From positions 1 to 52,394 of the IMG/VR virus record IMGVR_UViG_3300044642_000273: a DNA stretch of 52,394 nucleotides; one strand, given 5' to 3'. Positions 1-11,856 of the stretch are shown here, piece by piece. Numbering within the stretch: position 1 is the stretch's first letter; every line of letters begins with the position of its first letter. The position numbers were made by a program, and so were the translations under genes. Source of the stretch: a virus. Taxonomy: Duplodnaviria > Caudoviricetes. Under the pieces are notes generated by a model. That model saw only the letters and a program-made list of their open reading frames with translations, was not told where the DNA came from and searched no databases.

Positions 1-123
1 AGTTGGTTTCAACTGCGAACCAATATTACCAAAGCCGTCATATCTAATTTTAATCATTTCTATCCTATGCTAAATTTACTACATCTAAAATTCGTCCTGT
101 AGTCTGTAAAGTCATTGTATCTC

Positions 124-1170
124 CTAAGGAGTAATATTCGCTACATCTAAATAGCCAAATTCAATAAAAGTGCCATCACCATACTGACCATTAGTGTAAT
201 GTTGACAATAGATAGTAGTCCCAGTAGGAATAGAAATAGGAGCAGTAAACTCATACCCAGCTAAAGGCTGTTGACCCCAACCATGTGCACCATACCAACT
301 AGCGATAGCAGCTTCGTATAAAGTGCCATGCTCTTGAGTATAAATTCGTACGTTTGCGGTCACGTTGTAGTTACCACCAGGCTTAGCAAATACTCCTCTA
401 AACACACAAGAAGCACCGGCTCGAATCTCTGAGGTAGTTACTGCGCTTGCTGTTACTTGCTGTTGCATACCGCCGAAGTTCCAATACACAGACCCAAAGT
501 CTGCATATTCCCTTTGATCTGCAGATAAGCGTGGATCAGGAGTAGGAGAGCCATGGTCGATCTGTTCTTGATCGTCTACATCACTGTTTGCTACTCCTAC
601 GTTCCAACCTTGCTGCCTTAGCTCGTTTAATTGTACTTCATTTCTAGCTGGAGAGTATCCTTTTGCCATATAGATCTGAGATGTGCCAATCATAGCACAA
701 CCGTCAAAACTACGAGTTAATCGTAGCGTTGCACCTTTAGGAATATATGAAGTAACGTTAAAGATTCTCCATTGACCCCAATTGCTAGTTCCTTGACCAC
801 CCCAGTATCCTGCAATGGCTCCATCAATCAAAGTTATACCTTGATCTGGAAGAGTTAGAGTAGCGTAATTAGTGCCTGGGCAGTTGCAACAATTGCCACA
901 TCTTAACACGTATAATATTCTATCGCCAGAATTTAAATCTACTGGCAAGGCTTTGTCTATAGTCTCACCGCTACCCATTTCAGGATAAGAGGTCCACACG
1001 TACTCGCCTTGATATTTTTTCTTGCCATATAGTTGGGACATTGATATAAGACCACCATCGTCTTCTGCTAGATATCTAACTTGGTCTTCTCCTAATGAGA
1101 TGTCATCGGTGTCTCTAAGTTCTCTTTGAACATCACCAAGCGAAATTCTTCCAGATGTTTGTAGTGTCAT
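124..1170 (-). CDS. putative virion/tail-associated protein
   Basis: 348 aa ORF at the end of the fibre cluster; N-terminus (MTLQTSGRISLGDVQREL...ISMSQLYGK) resembles a common phage tail-associated N-terminal motif; beta-rich C-terminal part. Confidence 0.5.
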   Translation of the reverse strand: MTLQTSGRISLGDVQRELRDTDDISLGEDQVRYLAEDDGGLISMSQLYGKKKYQGEYVWTSYPEMGSGETIDKALPVDLNSGDRILYVLRCGNCCNCPGTNYATLTLPDQGITLIDGAIAGYWGGQGTSNWGQWRIFNVTSYIPKGATLRLTRSFDGCAMIGTSQIYMAKGYSPARNEVQLNELRQQGWNVGVANSDVDDQEQIDHGSPTPDPRLSADQREYADFGSVYWNFGGMQQQVTASAVTTSEIRAGASCVFRGVFAKPGGNYNVTANVRIYTQEHGTLYEAAIASWYGAHGWGQQPLAGYEFTAPISIPTGTTIYCQHYTNGQYGDGTFIEFGYLDVANITP

Positions 1171-1231
1171 ATTAATTTCCCAATAAAGAAACGGTGAGCA
1201 TACATTTGTACACCCACCTATAATTAATTAA

Positions 1232-1561
1232 TTACTTCTGTTCGTATATTACTTCTTTCCACTGTTTAGAAGCCTCATCCCAATGATATGCCTTAGTCTT
1301 ATCGATAGGCATTGCAACAGGAGGAGTCCATCTATTAGTGGTACCATTATAAACCCAGCTTGGAAAAGCTTTAGGTTTTTGAGGTGTAAACTTTTTACTT
1401 ACTTTGTCGTAGACGAATCCTACTCCTGGATACCAGACAGACTTCTCATCCACAGACACCGCAACCCAACTACTAGAGTTAGGAAGAGTGTCTATGAAAC
1501 CTTTGTCTGCCACAATCACAGTTTCGACAACATCGTTGACTACTTTAGCGAAATATGACAT
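1232..1561 (-). CDS. small phage tail-associated protein
   Basis: 109 aa with GGAG RBS; MSYFAKV..., P..FPSW.....W.PPVAMP......WDE pattern typical of small proteins next to Gly-rich fibre genes. Confidence 0.5.
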   Translation of the reverse strand: MSYFAKVVNDVVETVIVADKGFIDTLPNSSSWVAVSVDEKSVWYPGVGFVYDKVSKKFTPQKPKAFPSWVYNGTTNRWTPPVAMPIDKTKAYHWDEASKQWKEVIYEQK

Positions 1562-1570
1562 TAGTTCTCC

Positions 1571-3184
1571 TTAGAGAGGTAGAGGAGTTAGAGTGCCTGA
1601 AGATAGGAACTTGTGTACTGTGTAACCGTTGGCTTCGTACTGATCGCCACCAGTGAACTTCGCAGCACCTGGGTAGGCAACAATGACAAGACCTGACCCA
1701 CCTGGTTGAGGATTGGTATGACCAGACGTACTTGGTGCAGAACCACCACCACCGCCACCAGTGTTAGGTGCGCCAGCTGTTGAAGGTGTCTGTGCAGGAT
1801 CTCCGCCACCAGTACCACCACCACCATAACCACCAGCACCACCAAGGTCAGCAGCATGATTACATCCGCCACCACCACCGCCACCAACAGCGTAGACTTC
1901 ACCAGCAATAGTTGCATCGCCACCAGCACCACCAGCACCGCCAGGAGATACGAAGTAGCCATATAGACCATCATATCCACGTTCTTTCCAACCGCCACCG
2001 CCACCAGAAGATCCGCCATAATAGCACGGAGCACCAGGCATACCTTGGCCATCAGTACCAGCACCACCAGAACCACCATTGTCTCGACCGCCACCGCCAC
2101 CAGAACCACCACTTATACCGTTGCTATTCTGTCCGCCAGCGCCACCACCTATAGTAGCAATGTAAGTGTCTAAAGATGAACCAGATCCGTTGCCATCAAC
2201 AGAACCACCAGCACCAACAGTGATTACGTAGGATGTCTTATAGTCCATGACTAAACCTGTACTGTTCAAGACACCACCTGCGCCACCGCCACCGCCACCG
2301 CCATTGTTTCCATGTCCACCGCCACCGCCACCTGCGACTACTAAATAATCAACAGTGTATTGTGGGATGAAGATACTACCAGACTCATTACTCTCAGCAC
2401 TATTACCTACAGAGTTTGTAGCATAGACTTTGAATGTGTAGCTAGTATTTGGAGTCACACCACTAACAGTAATTACTCCACCACCTTCTTGAGTTACAGA
2501 GCCAGATAATCCTTCTGGTACTGAAACTGCTGTGTAAGATGTGATAGGAGTTCCACCATTAAATGCTGGAGCATCGAAAGCTACGTCAACTGTACTAGAA
2601 GAAGTAACTGTAGAAGATGTTACTACAGGAGCGTCTGGGACTGTCCAAGTTTTAATACTGCCACTGTAATCTGAGTAACTACCAACTCCAACAGGATTGT
2701 TAGCGTAAACTCTAAAAGTGTAATCAGTAAATGGAATAAGTCCATCAACTTGAATTGTACCAGAATCAGATCCTGCAAGAGAACCTGTCAACCCACCAGG
2801 AGTTGATACTGCTGTGTAAGACGAAACGCTATCTGTTACAGCATCTACATGAGCAGTAAAAGTCACTGTCGCAGAAGTGCTGCTGATAGCTGTAGCTGTT
2901 CCAATAGTAGGAGCAGAAGCATACCTGTCGTATTTGAATACTTGCCAGAATGATGCTCCATATCCTTCGTAACGATCTATGTCTGAGTTGTAGCCTAGCT
3001 GACCAGCAGAAGGAGCAACAGGACGAGTGGCGTTGGACCAAATTGAGATCCCACCTTCACCACCTCCTGAAGACTCTCCTGGGACAACTTCCCAAGCGTA
3101 CCCATTGAATCGATACAAGACGCCAGTGTCAGCTGTGTAGAAGTCGTTTACTTCAGGATTCTGTGGGAAATTTAAAATTGCCAT
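1571..3184 (-). CDS. fibre/adhesin-like protein with two FN3 domains and a glycine-rich C-terminal domain
   Basis: Two FN3-like repeats (YTFRVYANNPVG, YTFKVYATNSVG), then VDYLVVAGGGGGG...GGSGLVIVAY Gly-rich domain. Confidence 0.75.
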   Translation of the reverse strand: MAILNFPQNPEVNDFYTADTGVLYRFNGYAWEVVPGESSGGGEGGISIWSNATRPVAPSAGQLGYNSDIDRYEGYGASFWQVFKYDRYASAPTIGTATAISSTSATVTFTAHVDAVTDSVSSYTAVSTPGGLTGSLAGSDSGTIQVDGLIPFTDYTFRVYANNPVGVGSYSDYSGSIKTWTVPDAPVVTSSTVTSSSTVDVAFDAPAFNGGTPITSYTAVSVPEGLSGSVTQEGGGVITVSGVTPNTSYTFKVYATNSVGNSAESNESGSIFIPQYTVDYLVVAGGGGGGHGNNGGGGGGGAGGVLNSTGLVMDYKTSYVITVGAGGSVDGNGSGSSLDTYIATIGGGAGGQNSNGISGGSGGGGGRDNGGSGGAGTDGQGMPGAPCYYGGSSGGGGGWKERGYDGLYGYFVSPGGAGGAGGDATIAGEVYAVGGGGGGGCNHAADLGGAGGYGGGGTGGGDPAQTPSTAGAPNTGGGGGGSAPSTSGHTNPQPGGSGLVIVAYPGAAKFTGGDQYEANGYTVHKFLSSGTLTPLPL

Positions 3185-3198
3185 AATTTATCCTTTTC

Positions 3199-3948
3199 CT
3201 ATTCGTAAACAACAAATGAAACACCAGAAGTTGGGTCTTGACCAATGAAGAAATCAACTGAAGTTGTAGATCTTCCATTGACATGCCAAGGGCGAGAATA
3301 TTGATCAACAGGAGTATTGCCACCTATTACTACAGCATAATCTGCAGTTTCCATTGGTGTGGTAAATGTTACACTAATAGGATTAGATCCACTAACACTT
3401 GAAATATTAAACCCACGCATAATCGTTCCATTTAAAATATATCCCCATGCTTTAGCACCAGGAGCTGACGCACCAACAGGACCTTGGATACCTTGCTCGC
3501 CTTGAGGACCAGCAGGACCTTGAGGACCGTCTGCACCTACAACAGGACCAGCATTATCCCAAACAGATGTTGTGCTGTTCCAGATGTGAGCTTCACGAGT
3601 ATCGTTAGCAACGTAAACGTCACCATGAGTCTTCTCAGTGATAGCATCTAGTTCTGAAGCAGTTGCAATGCGACCGACATAGCGTAGACCAATACCTTGA
3701 GGACCTGTAGGACCTACTTCACCTTGGATACCTTGCTCTCCTTGCGGACCAGCAGGACCACCAGGACCAATAGGACCAATAGGACCTTGCGGACCAGCAG
3801 GACCTTCTGGCCCAGGAGGACCTTCCAAGCCTTCAACAGGATCAGTAGCTAAGTCCCAAGCGTAACCGTTAAACCTATACTTCACCCCAACAGGGGACGT
3901 GTAAACTTGTCCACCTGTAGGATTAGCAGGAAAATCTAGAATTGCCAT
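3199..3948 (-). CDS. collagen-like fibre protein
   Basis: Two Gly-X-Y tracts; N-terminal MAILDFP...YRFNGYAW shared with 1571..3184. Confidence 0.75.
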   Translation of the reverse strand: MAILDFPANPTGGQVYTSPVGVKYRFNGYAWDLATDPVEGLEGPPGPEGPAGPQGPIGPIGPGGPAGPQGEQGIQGEVGPTGPQGIGLRYVGRIATASELDAITEKTHGDVYVANDTREAHIWNSTTSVWDNAGPVVGADGPQGPAGPQGEQGIQGPVGASAPGAKAWGYILNGTIMRGFNISSVSGSNPISVTFTTPMETADYAVVIGGNTPVDQYSRPWHVNGRSTTSVDFFIGQDPTSGVSFVVYE

Positions 3949-3950
3949 AG

Positions 3951-4166
3951 TTAAATCTCCTGATAGGTTGATTTGGTTCCATCACTGTATGTGATAGTCG
4001 CAGATTTTAATGTTAGTTCTAATTTCACTTTACCTTTAGAGTAGGATGGAAAGTTATCCACCACACCGCTCTTCAGCTTTCCAGTTGTCTTCAACATATT
4101 GAATATAACTTTGGCTTCGTTAGCAGCGATGCGAGATTCTATTTCACTAAGATTTATTGTTGCCAT
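3951..4166 (-). CDS. hypothetical protein
   Basis: 71 aa ORF with AGGAG RBS, tightly packed in the operon. Confidence 0.6.
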   Translation of the reverse strand: MATINLSEIESRIAANEAKVIFNMLKTTGKLKSGVVDNFPSYSKGKVKLELTLKSATITYSDGTKSTYQEI

Positions 4167-4178
4167 AGAGATCTCCTA

Positions 4179-6299
4179 TTAGATTGGGAAAGTGTACTCG
4201 AAGATATCCTGTCCAGATACGTGGAAGAATGAAGTTCTCAAGTTAATCATTGTAATGGTTGTACCGTCGTCACCAGTGCCCCAATAGCTAGAGTTGATGA
4301 ACACTGTTACAGTATTGTCTGCGTTACGTCTTGCAGCCATCTGCCATCCGTCTCCAGCAAACTGTACTAAACCTGGCTCGCCCCAACCTAACTTAAATAA
4401 GTTTTCGCGACGAACAGGATACATAGTACCAACGTCTGTTAGTGTAACCTGACCAACCTCGTTCCATGTAGAATAAGGACTGCTTGAGTTACCCATCACA
4501 AGTTCTCCTGGTGTTGCAGGACCAGACTGAGCTGCCCAATAACCAATTGTAGCTACGTATTGACCATCAACTAAATCGATAGACCAACCAGTGTCAGCTT
4601 GATAGCCTTCAAAACCAGTACTCATGTTGTGTAACTTCTTAGAGTTCATTGTCACACTGTTACTTGGTGCGCTAGATGCTGAGTTACCAGATGTATTAGT
4701 AGCGTAAACTGTAAATGTATATGCTTGACCATACTCGAACACATCAGTAAATGTGAATGTACCAGAGTCTGCAGTTTCAATTGTAGAAGTCATTCCACCT
4801 GGTTCTGCAACAGCAGTGTAAGATGTAATAGTCTGTCCACCGTTGTAAGCAGGTGCTGTGTATGGAACACTAATAGATGTCACAGATACAGTAGCTTCTC
4901 CAATAGTTGGAGTATCAGGAACTGACCAAGTCAATACTTCATTACTTGCAGCAGAACTTGCACCAGCACCGACAGCGTTGTTAGAGTGTACAGTGAATGT
5001 GTATCTTGTATTTGGATCTAATCCTTCTACAGTGATCGTGCCAGATTCAGACTGAGACAAGGTGGCAGTTAATCCACCAGGACTTGCTACAGCTGTGTGA
5101 GACACTACACCATCAGCACCAACATCAGCGTGAGCAGTGTAATCTACAGAGGCACTTGTGGTACCAGTAGTACGTGCCTCACCAATCTGAGGAGGACCAG
5201 CTTCTTTATCGTATTTCAATATTTGCCAGAATGATAAACCATAAACTTCGAGTCTGTCGAATGTTGTGTTGAATCTCATTTGGCCAGTAACTGGGCTTTC
5301 AGGACGTTCTTCGGTAGTGCCCATAGGCATCTTACCACCAGCTCCTGCGCCACCTACCAATACGCCAGTGTTGACCCATGAGCCTTCACCGCTAGTAGGA
5401 TTAATGTACCATACATACATGTTACCAGAGTCTGACTCGAACCACACTTCACCTTCAAGAGGTTCAGCAGGAGGAGCAGAGTCGATAGTTGTTGTAGTAT
5501 TACCAGTCTCGCCTTGGGGACCGACAGGACCTTGAGGACCATCTGTTAGATCGCCTGTAACTTTGATGATGTAGAGTAGAGAGTAGTATGGAGGTAAGTT
5601 TGCACCTACACCAGACACACCAGCTTCGTCTACTGAAATACCTGTACCAGCAGCTAATGCGCCAGCAGGTCTAGTTGTTGATCGCTGATCGTCACCACCA
5701 GAATCGCCTACATCGCCCCAACTGTTAGGAGCTTCACTACCACCAGAACCGATAGTAAACGCAGTATCGTGAGTGTGCGTAGGATCAGTTACAGAGTGGC
5801 TATGTGCTACGACTGTTGCGTCAGCACTACCACCAGTTGAACCAATAGGGTATGTTACACTAGATCCGATTACGAATCTATCGCGTAAGTCTGGACGACC
5901 ATCTTGACCGTCGCAAGGCATCCAACCTAAAGGTACACTTTCAGCAGTACCAGACCAAATAGCAATAGTGCCAATTGGTGTACCACCAGGAGCATTGGCT
6001 CCAGCAGGACCGACAGGTTGAGCGGATTCAATCCACTGCCCACTACCATCTGCATTGAGATAGTAGATAAAATTCTTTCCTGTATCAGATTCAAACCAAA
6101 CCTGACCAGATTTTGGATCTTGAGGAGGTACGTCTTGTACGATGACGCCACCACCGTTTCCAGTGGCAGCTGTCAACTGCACAGTCCCGTCTGGGAAAGC
6201 CAGAGGACCTGGCAACTGTGCTTCTTCGTCTATCGCGAGTTCTCCAAGAGCCACGACTTTACCTTCAACGTCATAGATTGGTTTTAATAAAATTGCCAT
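4179..6299 (-). CDS. tail fibre protein with collar-like domain and FN3 domains
   Basis: PIGTIAIWSG...GWMPCDG...PDLRDRFVIG...NLPPYYSLLYIIK collar-like domain; two VWFESD repeats; two FN3-like repeats. Confidence 0.75.
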   Translation of the reverse strand: MAILLKPIYDVEGKVVALGELAIDEEAQLPGPLAFPDGTVQLTAATGNGGGVIVQDVPPQDPKSGQVWFESDTGKNFIYYLNADGSGQWIESAQPVGPAGANAPGGTPIGTIAIWSGTAESVPLGWMPCDGQDGRPDLRDRFVIGSSVTYPIGSTGGSADATVVAHSHSVTDPTHTHDTAFTIGSGGSEAPNSWGDVGDSGGDDQRSTTRPAGALAAGTGISVDEAGVSGVGANLPPYYSLLYIIKVTGDLTDGPQGPVGPQGETGNTTTTIDSAPPAEPLEGEVWFESDSGNMYVWYINPTSGEGSWVNTGVLVGGAGAGGKMPMGTTEERPESPVTGQMRFNTTFDRLEVYGLSFWQILKYDKEAGPPQIGEARTTGTTSASVDYTAHADVGADGVVSHTAVASPGGLTATLSQSESGTITVEGLDPNTRYTFTVHSNNAVGAGASSAASNEVLTWSVPDTPTIGEATVSVTSISVPYTAPAYNGGQTITSYTAVAEPGGMTSTIETADSGTFTFTDVFEYGQAYTFTVYATNTSGNSASSAPSNSVTMNSKKLHNMSTGFEGYQADTGWSIDLVDGQYVATIGYWAAQSGPATPGELVMGNSSSPYSTWNEVGQVTLTDVGTMYPVRRENLFKLGWGEPGLVQFAGDGWQMAARRNADNTVTVFINSSYWGTGDDGTTITMINLRTSFFHVSGQDIFEYTFPI

Positions 6300-6311
6300 G
6301 GCTCAAACTCC

Positions 6312-7340
6312 TTAGATAAACTTAATAGGCTTCGATGCACCGTTTGTATCGAAGAACGGTAGTGCTTTCATTGCAACTTCTTGAATAGCGTCTTGAACTG
6401 TAGTAGACTTCACACCTTCAACTGGAGCATACTTAATAGCAGAAGCTACGTGAGCATCTTCAGTAGCGTTGATGTGGTCTTCTAAAGCGTCAGCATTAGC
6501 AGAGTTATTCTGTAAACCAACGATAGCTGTTTGAAGTTGATTCAAAGAACCTTGAACTTCAGTAGAACTAAGAATTGGACCAACGTTAAATGTGCGAACT
6601 TGTACAGCATTGTAATCGCCATCAGCAGGAGTTACAACACCTGAACGGCCATTGAAAGCATTTACATAATTACGACCTTCGATGTTCTGAACTTGAGATT
6701 CAATAACTCCAAGAGCGATGTCAGCTTGATCTAAAGCAGCTTGAACGTCTGTTCCTTTTAGAATCTTATTACCATCTGGATTGTAAGTTGTACCAGAAGC
6801 TACTTGAGCACGAGCTGAGTAAGCCAAATGAGTCCACTTAGCTGTACCTTCGTTGTAGATCAACCAGTCGCCAACTTCAACTGCAACACCAGCAGCGTCG
6901 CCAACAGTACGTTGACCAGCTGTGTTGAAGATGTAGTAAGGAACAACACCAGTGCCAGCTGCAGGTTTTGCAGGATCAGCGCTATTGAAGCCTAATGTGC
7001 CAGAGAACTTAGTAGCACCTTGAACGCTAGAAACTTGATTGGTAATTGCAACGAGTGCATCTTGAACGTTAGATGAACCAGCAACTAACGGTGATAATGT
7101 AACTTGGCTACCTGTGTAGTCGCCTGTTGCTGGTACAACATTACCTTTACGACCTGCGAAGCCTGTTACGTTTTCTGCAGGAATGTATGCTGTAGTTTGT
7201 TGCGTGCCATCTTCGAATTCGAGAGGACCAGGAACAATGGCAACGTCGCCTTGTACGAGTTCGCCTAAGCCAACTACTTTGCCTTCGATGTCTCGAATCG
7301 GTTTAATTAAAATTGCGGATACGTTTGTTGGATCTGCCAT
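6312..7340 (-). CDS. fibre/structural protein
   Basis: Repeated V..F.GR.G.V.P..GDY and ..VQ.AL.. motifs typical of phage fibre shafts. Confidence 0.65.
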   Translation of the reverse strand: MADPTNVSAILIKPIRDIEGKVVGLGELVQGDVAIVPGPLEFEDGTQQTTAYIPAENVTGFAGRKGNVVPATGDYTGSQVTLSPLVAGSSNVQDALVAITNQVSSVQGATKFSGTLGFNSADPAKPAAGTGVVPYYIFNTAGQRTVGDAAGVAVEVGDWLIYNEGTAKWTHLAYSARAQVASGTTYNPDGNKILKGTDVQAALDQADIALGVIESQVQNIEGRNYVNAFNGRSGVVTPADGDYNAVQVRTFNVGPILSSTEVQGSLNQLQTAIVGLQNNSANADALEDHINATEDAHVASAIKYAPVEGVKSTTVQDAIQEVAMKALPFFDTNGASKPIKFI

Positions 7341-7352
7341 AATGGAACTCCT

Positions 7353-7685
7353 TTAGGGGTTGAGTGGTACAGGTGATTCTGAGCCATCTGTATTGAAAAA
7401 CGGAAATGTTGATTTAACTGATAGCTTCGTAGTATTAGGCTCGATACCTGGCTCTATTAAGATACCAGGACCAGCTTCTAATTTTACTGCACCACCTTGG
7501 CCATCACCAGGCTCACCCTGTGGACCTACTAAACTTGCTAGCCATTCTTCCTCTGTGCCCACAAAGCCGTTCGCTAGAGCGACTTCGTAAGCAGAGAGGC
7601 CAGGATCGCCTTTTTCACCTTGCGGACCCTGTGGACCAGGAGTACCGCTAGATGGCATTACATATGTATCTGGAAAACCAGCCAT
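7353..7685 (-). CDS. short collagen-like structural protein
   Basis: Gly-X-Y tract plus the G.SAYEVALANGFVGTEEEWLASL.G motif common in phage collagen-like proteins. Confidence 0.7.
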   Translation of the reverse strand: MAGFPDTYVMPSSGTPGPQGPQGEKGDPGLSAYEVALANGFVGTEEEWLASLVGPQGEPGDGQGGAVKLEAGPGILIEPGIEPNTTKLSVKSTFPFFNTDGSESPVPLNP

Positions 7686-7696
7686 GATTTTCTCCT

Positions 7697-8101
7697 TTAT
7701 GCTGTGATAGTGATAGAGTATGTTGTACCACCGAACTCTGGATGTTCTGCACTACCTAAATCTTGACAGACTACTTCTTTCGTTCCGTAAGACTTATAGG
7801 CATGAACCATAACGTTTCCGCCATAGCCACCACCTTCGTTTGAAGTGTTAGGACCATCCCAATCCCAGTAATAAGTACCAGAACCACCTACAGCAGTAAA
7901 TTCGAATTCGCGAGTGTTACCAGTCTTACGCCATAAAATGTTAGACAGAGGACCGCCAGCAGCAGGAACAAGGTAGATGTCCTTCCAGACACCTCCGATG
8001 TTCACTTTAGCTGATGTTACAGGTTTCCATGCACCGCCTACGTTTACTTTCTCAGGAGTGCCTTCTTTCCAGGCACCGCCAACTTGAACGGCTACGGTCA
8101 T
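7697..8101 (-). CDS. small structural protein (GGAWK repeats plus PKD/Ig-like C-terminus)
   Basis: Three V..GGxWK repeats at the N-terminus; start overlaps the upstream stop (ATGA). Confidence 0.6.
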   Translation of the reverse strand: MTVAVQVGGAWKEGTPEKVNVGGAWKPVTSAKVNIGGVWKDIYLVPAAGGPLSNILWRKTGNTREFEFTAVGGSGTYYWDWDGPNTSNEGGGYGGNVMVHAYKSYGTKEVVCQDLGSAEHPEFGGTTYSITITA

Positions 8102-11100
8102 GGTGTATACCTCACTAACAATGCACCTTCAGGATAATCTGCAGCAGCAGGCTCAGTAGCTCCGTCAGCAACAGATACTATCGTTGCACCCGCTTTAGAG
8201 TCTACATACTGCTTAGTAGCAGCCTGTAACGCTGTAGTAGGGTCTGCAGGTAACACAACAGGTACCAGTGATGTATGCTCAGTGGAATCAAATTTAAACT
8301 TTTGAGAGCCACCTGTGTAAACACCGATACCAGTCCCAACTTTTGACATGTAACCGCCACCATTACCAAACTGAATTCCAATGCCAGTAGCAGGAGTAAT
8401 CAAAGGTTTATAGGCATAGATACCTGTACTACTTGCAGCCAATAAATCTGTGGCACCAAACCTAAACGACACGCCACCGTTGCCAGTGAACATTGAGTAG
8501 GTATTAGTAAAGTTCATTGCCGTGCCAACAGGCATAGTGATTGGACCTGTAAGTGTGCCACCAGCTAGAGGTAAGTAAGAACCAGATGCGCCACCACCCG
8601 CAGCTACTTTGTCATCGACATACTTCTTAGACGCAGCATGCTCATCTAATGTAGGAGCCACGAGGATTCTAAGTGGAACTGTTGCAGCGACATAATCTTC
8701 GTTGAAACCTAAGACAGATTTTGTGCCATAACGGAGAGCAGTGCTAGTCAAAACGGCTTGGAAATTAAAGCCATTGTCCATCATGAATGCAACAGCACCA
8801 TCGCCTTTAACGTTGATAGGACCAGTCATGTCTCCACCAGATGTTGGTAGATAGCCTGTGGGTTTTGAAACGTAAAGTAATCCGTCAGTGCCTAGTGTCG
8901 CAGTATTGTCTGCATCAGCAGAAACTGCAGTAGGACCAGCAGGACCAGTTTCACCTTTAGGACCAACAGCACCTTCAGGACCAGCTTCGCCTTGTGCACC
9001 TGTTGGACCAACGATAGGACCAGCATTCTCAAACGCAGAAACACTATCAGACCATACCCATGCATCGCCAGTCGCATCGACGATATACATATCGCCTTGC
9101 ACAGCAGTAGCAGGTAAGTCACCAACAGTCGCTACACGACCTTTGAATGTGATACCTAAACCAGGAATACCTTGATCACCTTGGTCACCTTTAGGACCGA
9201 CATCACCTTGCGGACCTTGTGGACCCATAGGACCTTCAGCACCAGCAGGACCAGCAGCACCAACTTCGCCTTGCGGACCAGTGTTACCGATGTCACCTTT
9301 AGGACCAACGTCGCCTTGTGGACCGAGATCGCCTTTAGGACCCATAGGACCTTCTGCTCCATCTTTACCATCAGCTCCTGCAGGACCAGTTTCGCCAGTG
9401 TCACCTTTAGGACCTTGAGGACCTTCAGCACCATCTGCACCAGCAGGACCAACTTCGCCTTGGATACCTTGTGGACCAACGTCTCCAGTATCGCCTTTAG
9501 GACCAACTGCACCATCAGCACCAGCAGGACCAGTTTCACCGATAGGACCTTGAGGACCTACTTCACCAGTGTCACCTTTAGGACCAACTTCGCCTTGGAT
9601 ACCTTGAGAGCCTTGAGGACCTGTTTCACCTTTTGGACCAACGATCTGACCAATGTCAATGTATTGAGCATCAGTCTCAGACCATGCATAAGCATTACCA
9701 TTCTCATCTACTACGTATGTGTCACCTTGAGCAGCACCAGTTGGTAAGTCTGCGACTGTAGGCACGTGACCTTTGAGGTTGATGCCCATGCCAGCAGGAC
9801 CTTGCGGACCAGCAGCACCAGCAGGACCTTCAGCGCCATCTGCACCAGCAGGACCTGTAGGACCTTGTGGACCAATAGGACCTGTATCGCCTTGCATACC
9901 GTCTTTACCTGGTAGACCAGCTTTACCTTGTTCGCCTTGTGGACCAGCAGGACCCATAGGACCTGTAGGACCCGCAGGACCAGTATCACCTTTAGGACCG
10001 CGAGGACCCATAGGACCTTGTGGACCAACAGTACCTTCGCCACCACCGCCTGTACCACCACTAGAAGTGGCAGCAGAGACCATGAGTTGCCAAGAGTCGC
10101 CAGAAGCGATCACTGCATCAGCACTTAGGAATTCTTGAGGAGATACTCCATTAGAATCCTTCTTAGATACGTATAAACTATTTGAATATGAAACTACATC
10201 ACCACGTTGGTAGGCACGATTAGAATTCCATAGACCTTTGAAGTCATTGATAGGTAATTCGTATGTGTCGTACTGAGTCAACCATTGTTTAGTAACCATG
10301 TCCTGAATCAAGCTGATTACAGGTAGGTCAAAAGAAATTCTAGAACCGTCGCTCTTGATGAATGACATCTCTTCAGAGTCGTAATCATACTGTACGTCTA
10401 GGATTTCTGATGCGTCTAAACCTTTCTCGCCTTGGATACCTTGCGGACCCATATCACCTTTGGCACCACGTTCACCACGCTTGACTAGAAGATTCCAGTC
10501 AGGAGTAGTTCCAGGCTCACCAGTAGGTTGGGCTTTGTTGGCTATCCAAGCAGACCCCGACGACGAGATGACGACGTCAAGTCTTTCATAAGTTGCGTCA
10601 GGACTCCAAGCCTTACGAAACTCGAAACCACGAAGTACAAGTGAATAAGCTGTACTATCACCAGGAATGCTATCACTATCTCGATTGGCAACATAATATC
10701 TTCCATTGTGTTCGATCCAAGAGCCTGCTTTAATCACAGTATCTGGAGTCCATTGTTGAACTTTACTTCTGTTAGCTTCTGCGATAGCCATTTCTAATTG
10801 AATAGATTTGGTCTTGGCTACAGCAATGGCTTCGTCGAATTCTTCGATCTGCCCAGCAACAGCCGCTTTAGACATTTCCACTAGCTCACTAGTAGCACTT
10901 TCTGCTTCTTCTAATGAGGCAGACTTAGTTACTTCTAACTCGTCTTGGAATGCCTTGATTTGGTCTTCGGCAGTAGCTAAGAATTCGCTTACTGTCTCTA
11001 ACTTTTCGTCTACTTTCGCCTGAGTGTCGCCAAGCGCTAATTCTAGTTGCTGACTAATGCTACTATTCACTTCAGAATAGAATGTCTCTAGTGACTTCTG

Positions 11101-11817
11101 GATGACCTCAGGGTCAATCTTGAGTGAATCAATTAGCTCTGAATCAGATTTAAACTTTTCATAGAAAGAGTCTACATCAAAGTCTTTACCATCAACACCA
11201 TCTGCGCCTTTGATAATGCCTAGGTCTACTGATTGACCATCTGACATTTCAATTGTAAGACTACCTTCTTCAGTAATCTCAAACGCCTTGATGCTAAGAC
11301 CTTCAGGACCTACTTCTCCTTGTGGTCCTTGCTCTCCTTGGATACCTTGGTCGCCAATAGCGCCGGTATCGCCTTTGTCGCCTTTTTCTCCGATGAGGGA
11401 TTTAACGAACTCGATGTCGAGAATAAGAGCGGACTTAACTTCTTCTGCTGTGACTGATTGACCATCTTGACCTCTTTCGCCTTGTGGACCTACTTCACCT
11501 TGAATTCCTTGCTCACCTTTTTCTCCAACGATAGACTTAACGAAGTCTTCATCTTGAAGAAAAGCTTGTTTTACTTCTTCGACAGACACTGATGTGCCAT
11601 CAAAACCTTTTTCACCTTGCGGGCCAACCTCACCTTGAGGTCCTTGATCGCCTTGCAAACCTTGCTCACCTTTTTCAGGTATGCGGCTTGCTAACTCTTT
11701 TACTAATTCGATACTAGCAAAGGCCTCATCAATCTTAGATTGAAGTTCTGCCTTCTGTTGATCGCTATAGTCTTTAAGGTTAGTCGCAACCAGTACTAGA
11801 CTTTTTTCTAGCTCCAT
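8098..11817 (-). CDS. large collagen-like virion fibre protein
   Basis: 1239 aa; several long Gly-X-Y tracts, acidic coiled-coil segment, W....Y..GDVV small beta repeats, YLP..GG.(M/L)TG and A(A/T).K.YVD fibre motifs. Confidence 0.8.
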   Translation of the reverse strand: MELEKSLVLVATNLKDYSDQQKAELQSKIDEAFASIELVKELASRIPEKGEQGLQGDQGPQGEVGPQGEKGFDGTSVSVEEVKQAFLQDEDFVKSIVGEKGEQGIQGEVGPQGERGQDGQSVTAEEVKSALILDIEFVKSLIGEKGDKGDTGAIGDQGIQGEQGPQGEVGPEGLSIKAFEITEEGSLTIEMSDGQSVDLGIIKGADGVDGKDFDVDSFYEKFKSDSELIDSLKIDPEVIQKSLETFYSEVNSSISQQLELALGDTQAKVDEKLETVSEFLATAEDQIKAFQDELEVTKSASLEEAESATSELVEMSKAAVAGQIEEFDEAIAVAKTKSIQLEMAIAEANRSKVQQWTPDTVIKAGSWIEHNGRYYVANRDSDSIPGDSTAYSLVLRGFEFRKAWSPDATYERLDVVISSSGSAWIANKAQPTGEPGTTPDWNLLVKRGERGAKGDMGPQGIQGEKGLDASEILDVQYDYDSEEMSFIKSDGSRISFDLPVISLIQDMVTKQWLTQYDTYELPINDFKGLWNSNRAYQRGDVVSYSNSLYVSKKDSNGVSPQEFLSADAVIASGDSWQLMVSAATSSGGTGGGGEGTVGPQGPMGPRGPKGDTGPAGPTGPMGPAGPQGEQGKAGLPGKDGMQGDTGPIGPQGPTGPAGADGAEGPAGAAGPQGPAGMGINLKGHVPTVADLPTGAAQGDTYVVDENGNAYAWSETDAQYIDIGQIVGPKGETGPQGSQGIQGEVGPKGDTGEVGPQGPIGETGPAGADGAVGPKGDTGDVGPQGIQGEVGPAGADGAEGPQGPKGDTGETGPAGADGKDGAEGPMGPKGDLGPQGDVGPKGDIGNTGPQGEVGAAGPAGAEGPMGPQGPQGDVGPKGDQGDQGIPGLGITFKGRVATVGDLPATAVQGDMYIVDATGDAWVWSDSVSAFENAGPIVGPTGAQGEAGPEGAVGPKGETGPAGPTAVSADADNTATLGTDGLLYVSKPTGYLPTSGGDMTGPINVKGDGAVAFMMDNGFNFQAVLTSTALRYGTKSVLGFNEDYVAATVPLRILVAPTLDEHAASKKYVDDKVAAGGGASGSYLPLAGGTLTGPITMPVGTAMNFTNTYSMFTGNGGVSFRFGATDLLAASSTGIYAYKPLITPATGIGIQFGNGGGYMSKVGTGIGVYTGGSQKFKFDSTEHTSLVPVVLPADPTTALQAATKQYVDSKAGATIVSVADGATEPAAADYPEGALLVRYTP

Positions 11818-11856
11818 TTTAATTCCTTATACAATGAGTTTGGCGAACAATCACAA

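Noticed and set aside
8888-10138. Long alternate-frame and antisense ORFs over the collagen-like gene (and similar ones over Gly-rich genes)
   Set aside because: By-products of repetitive Gly-X-Y codons that lack stops in other frames; no RBS.
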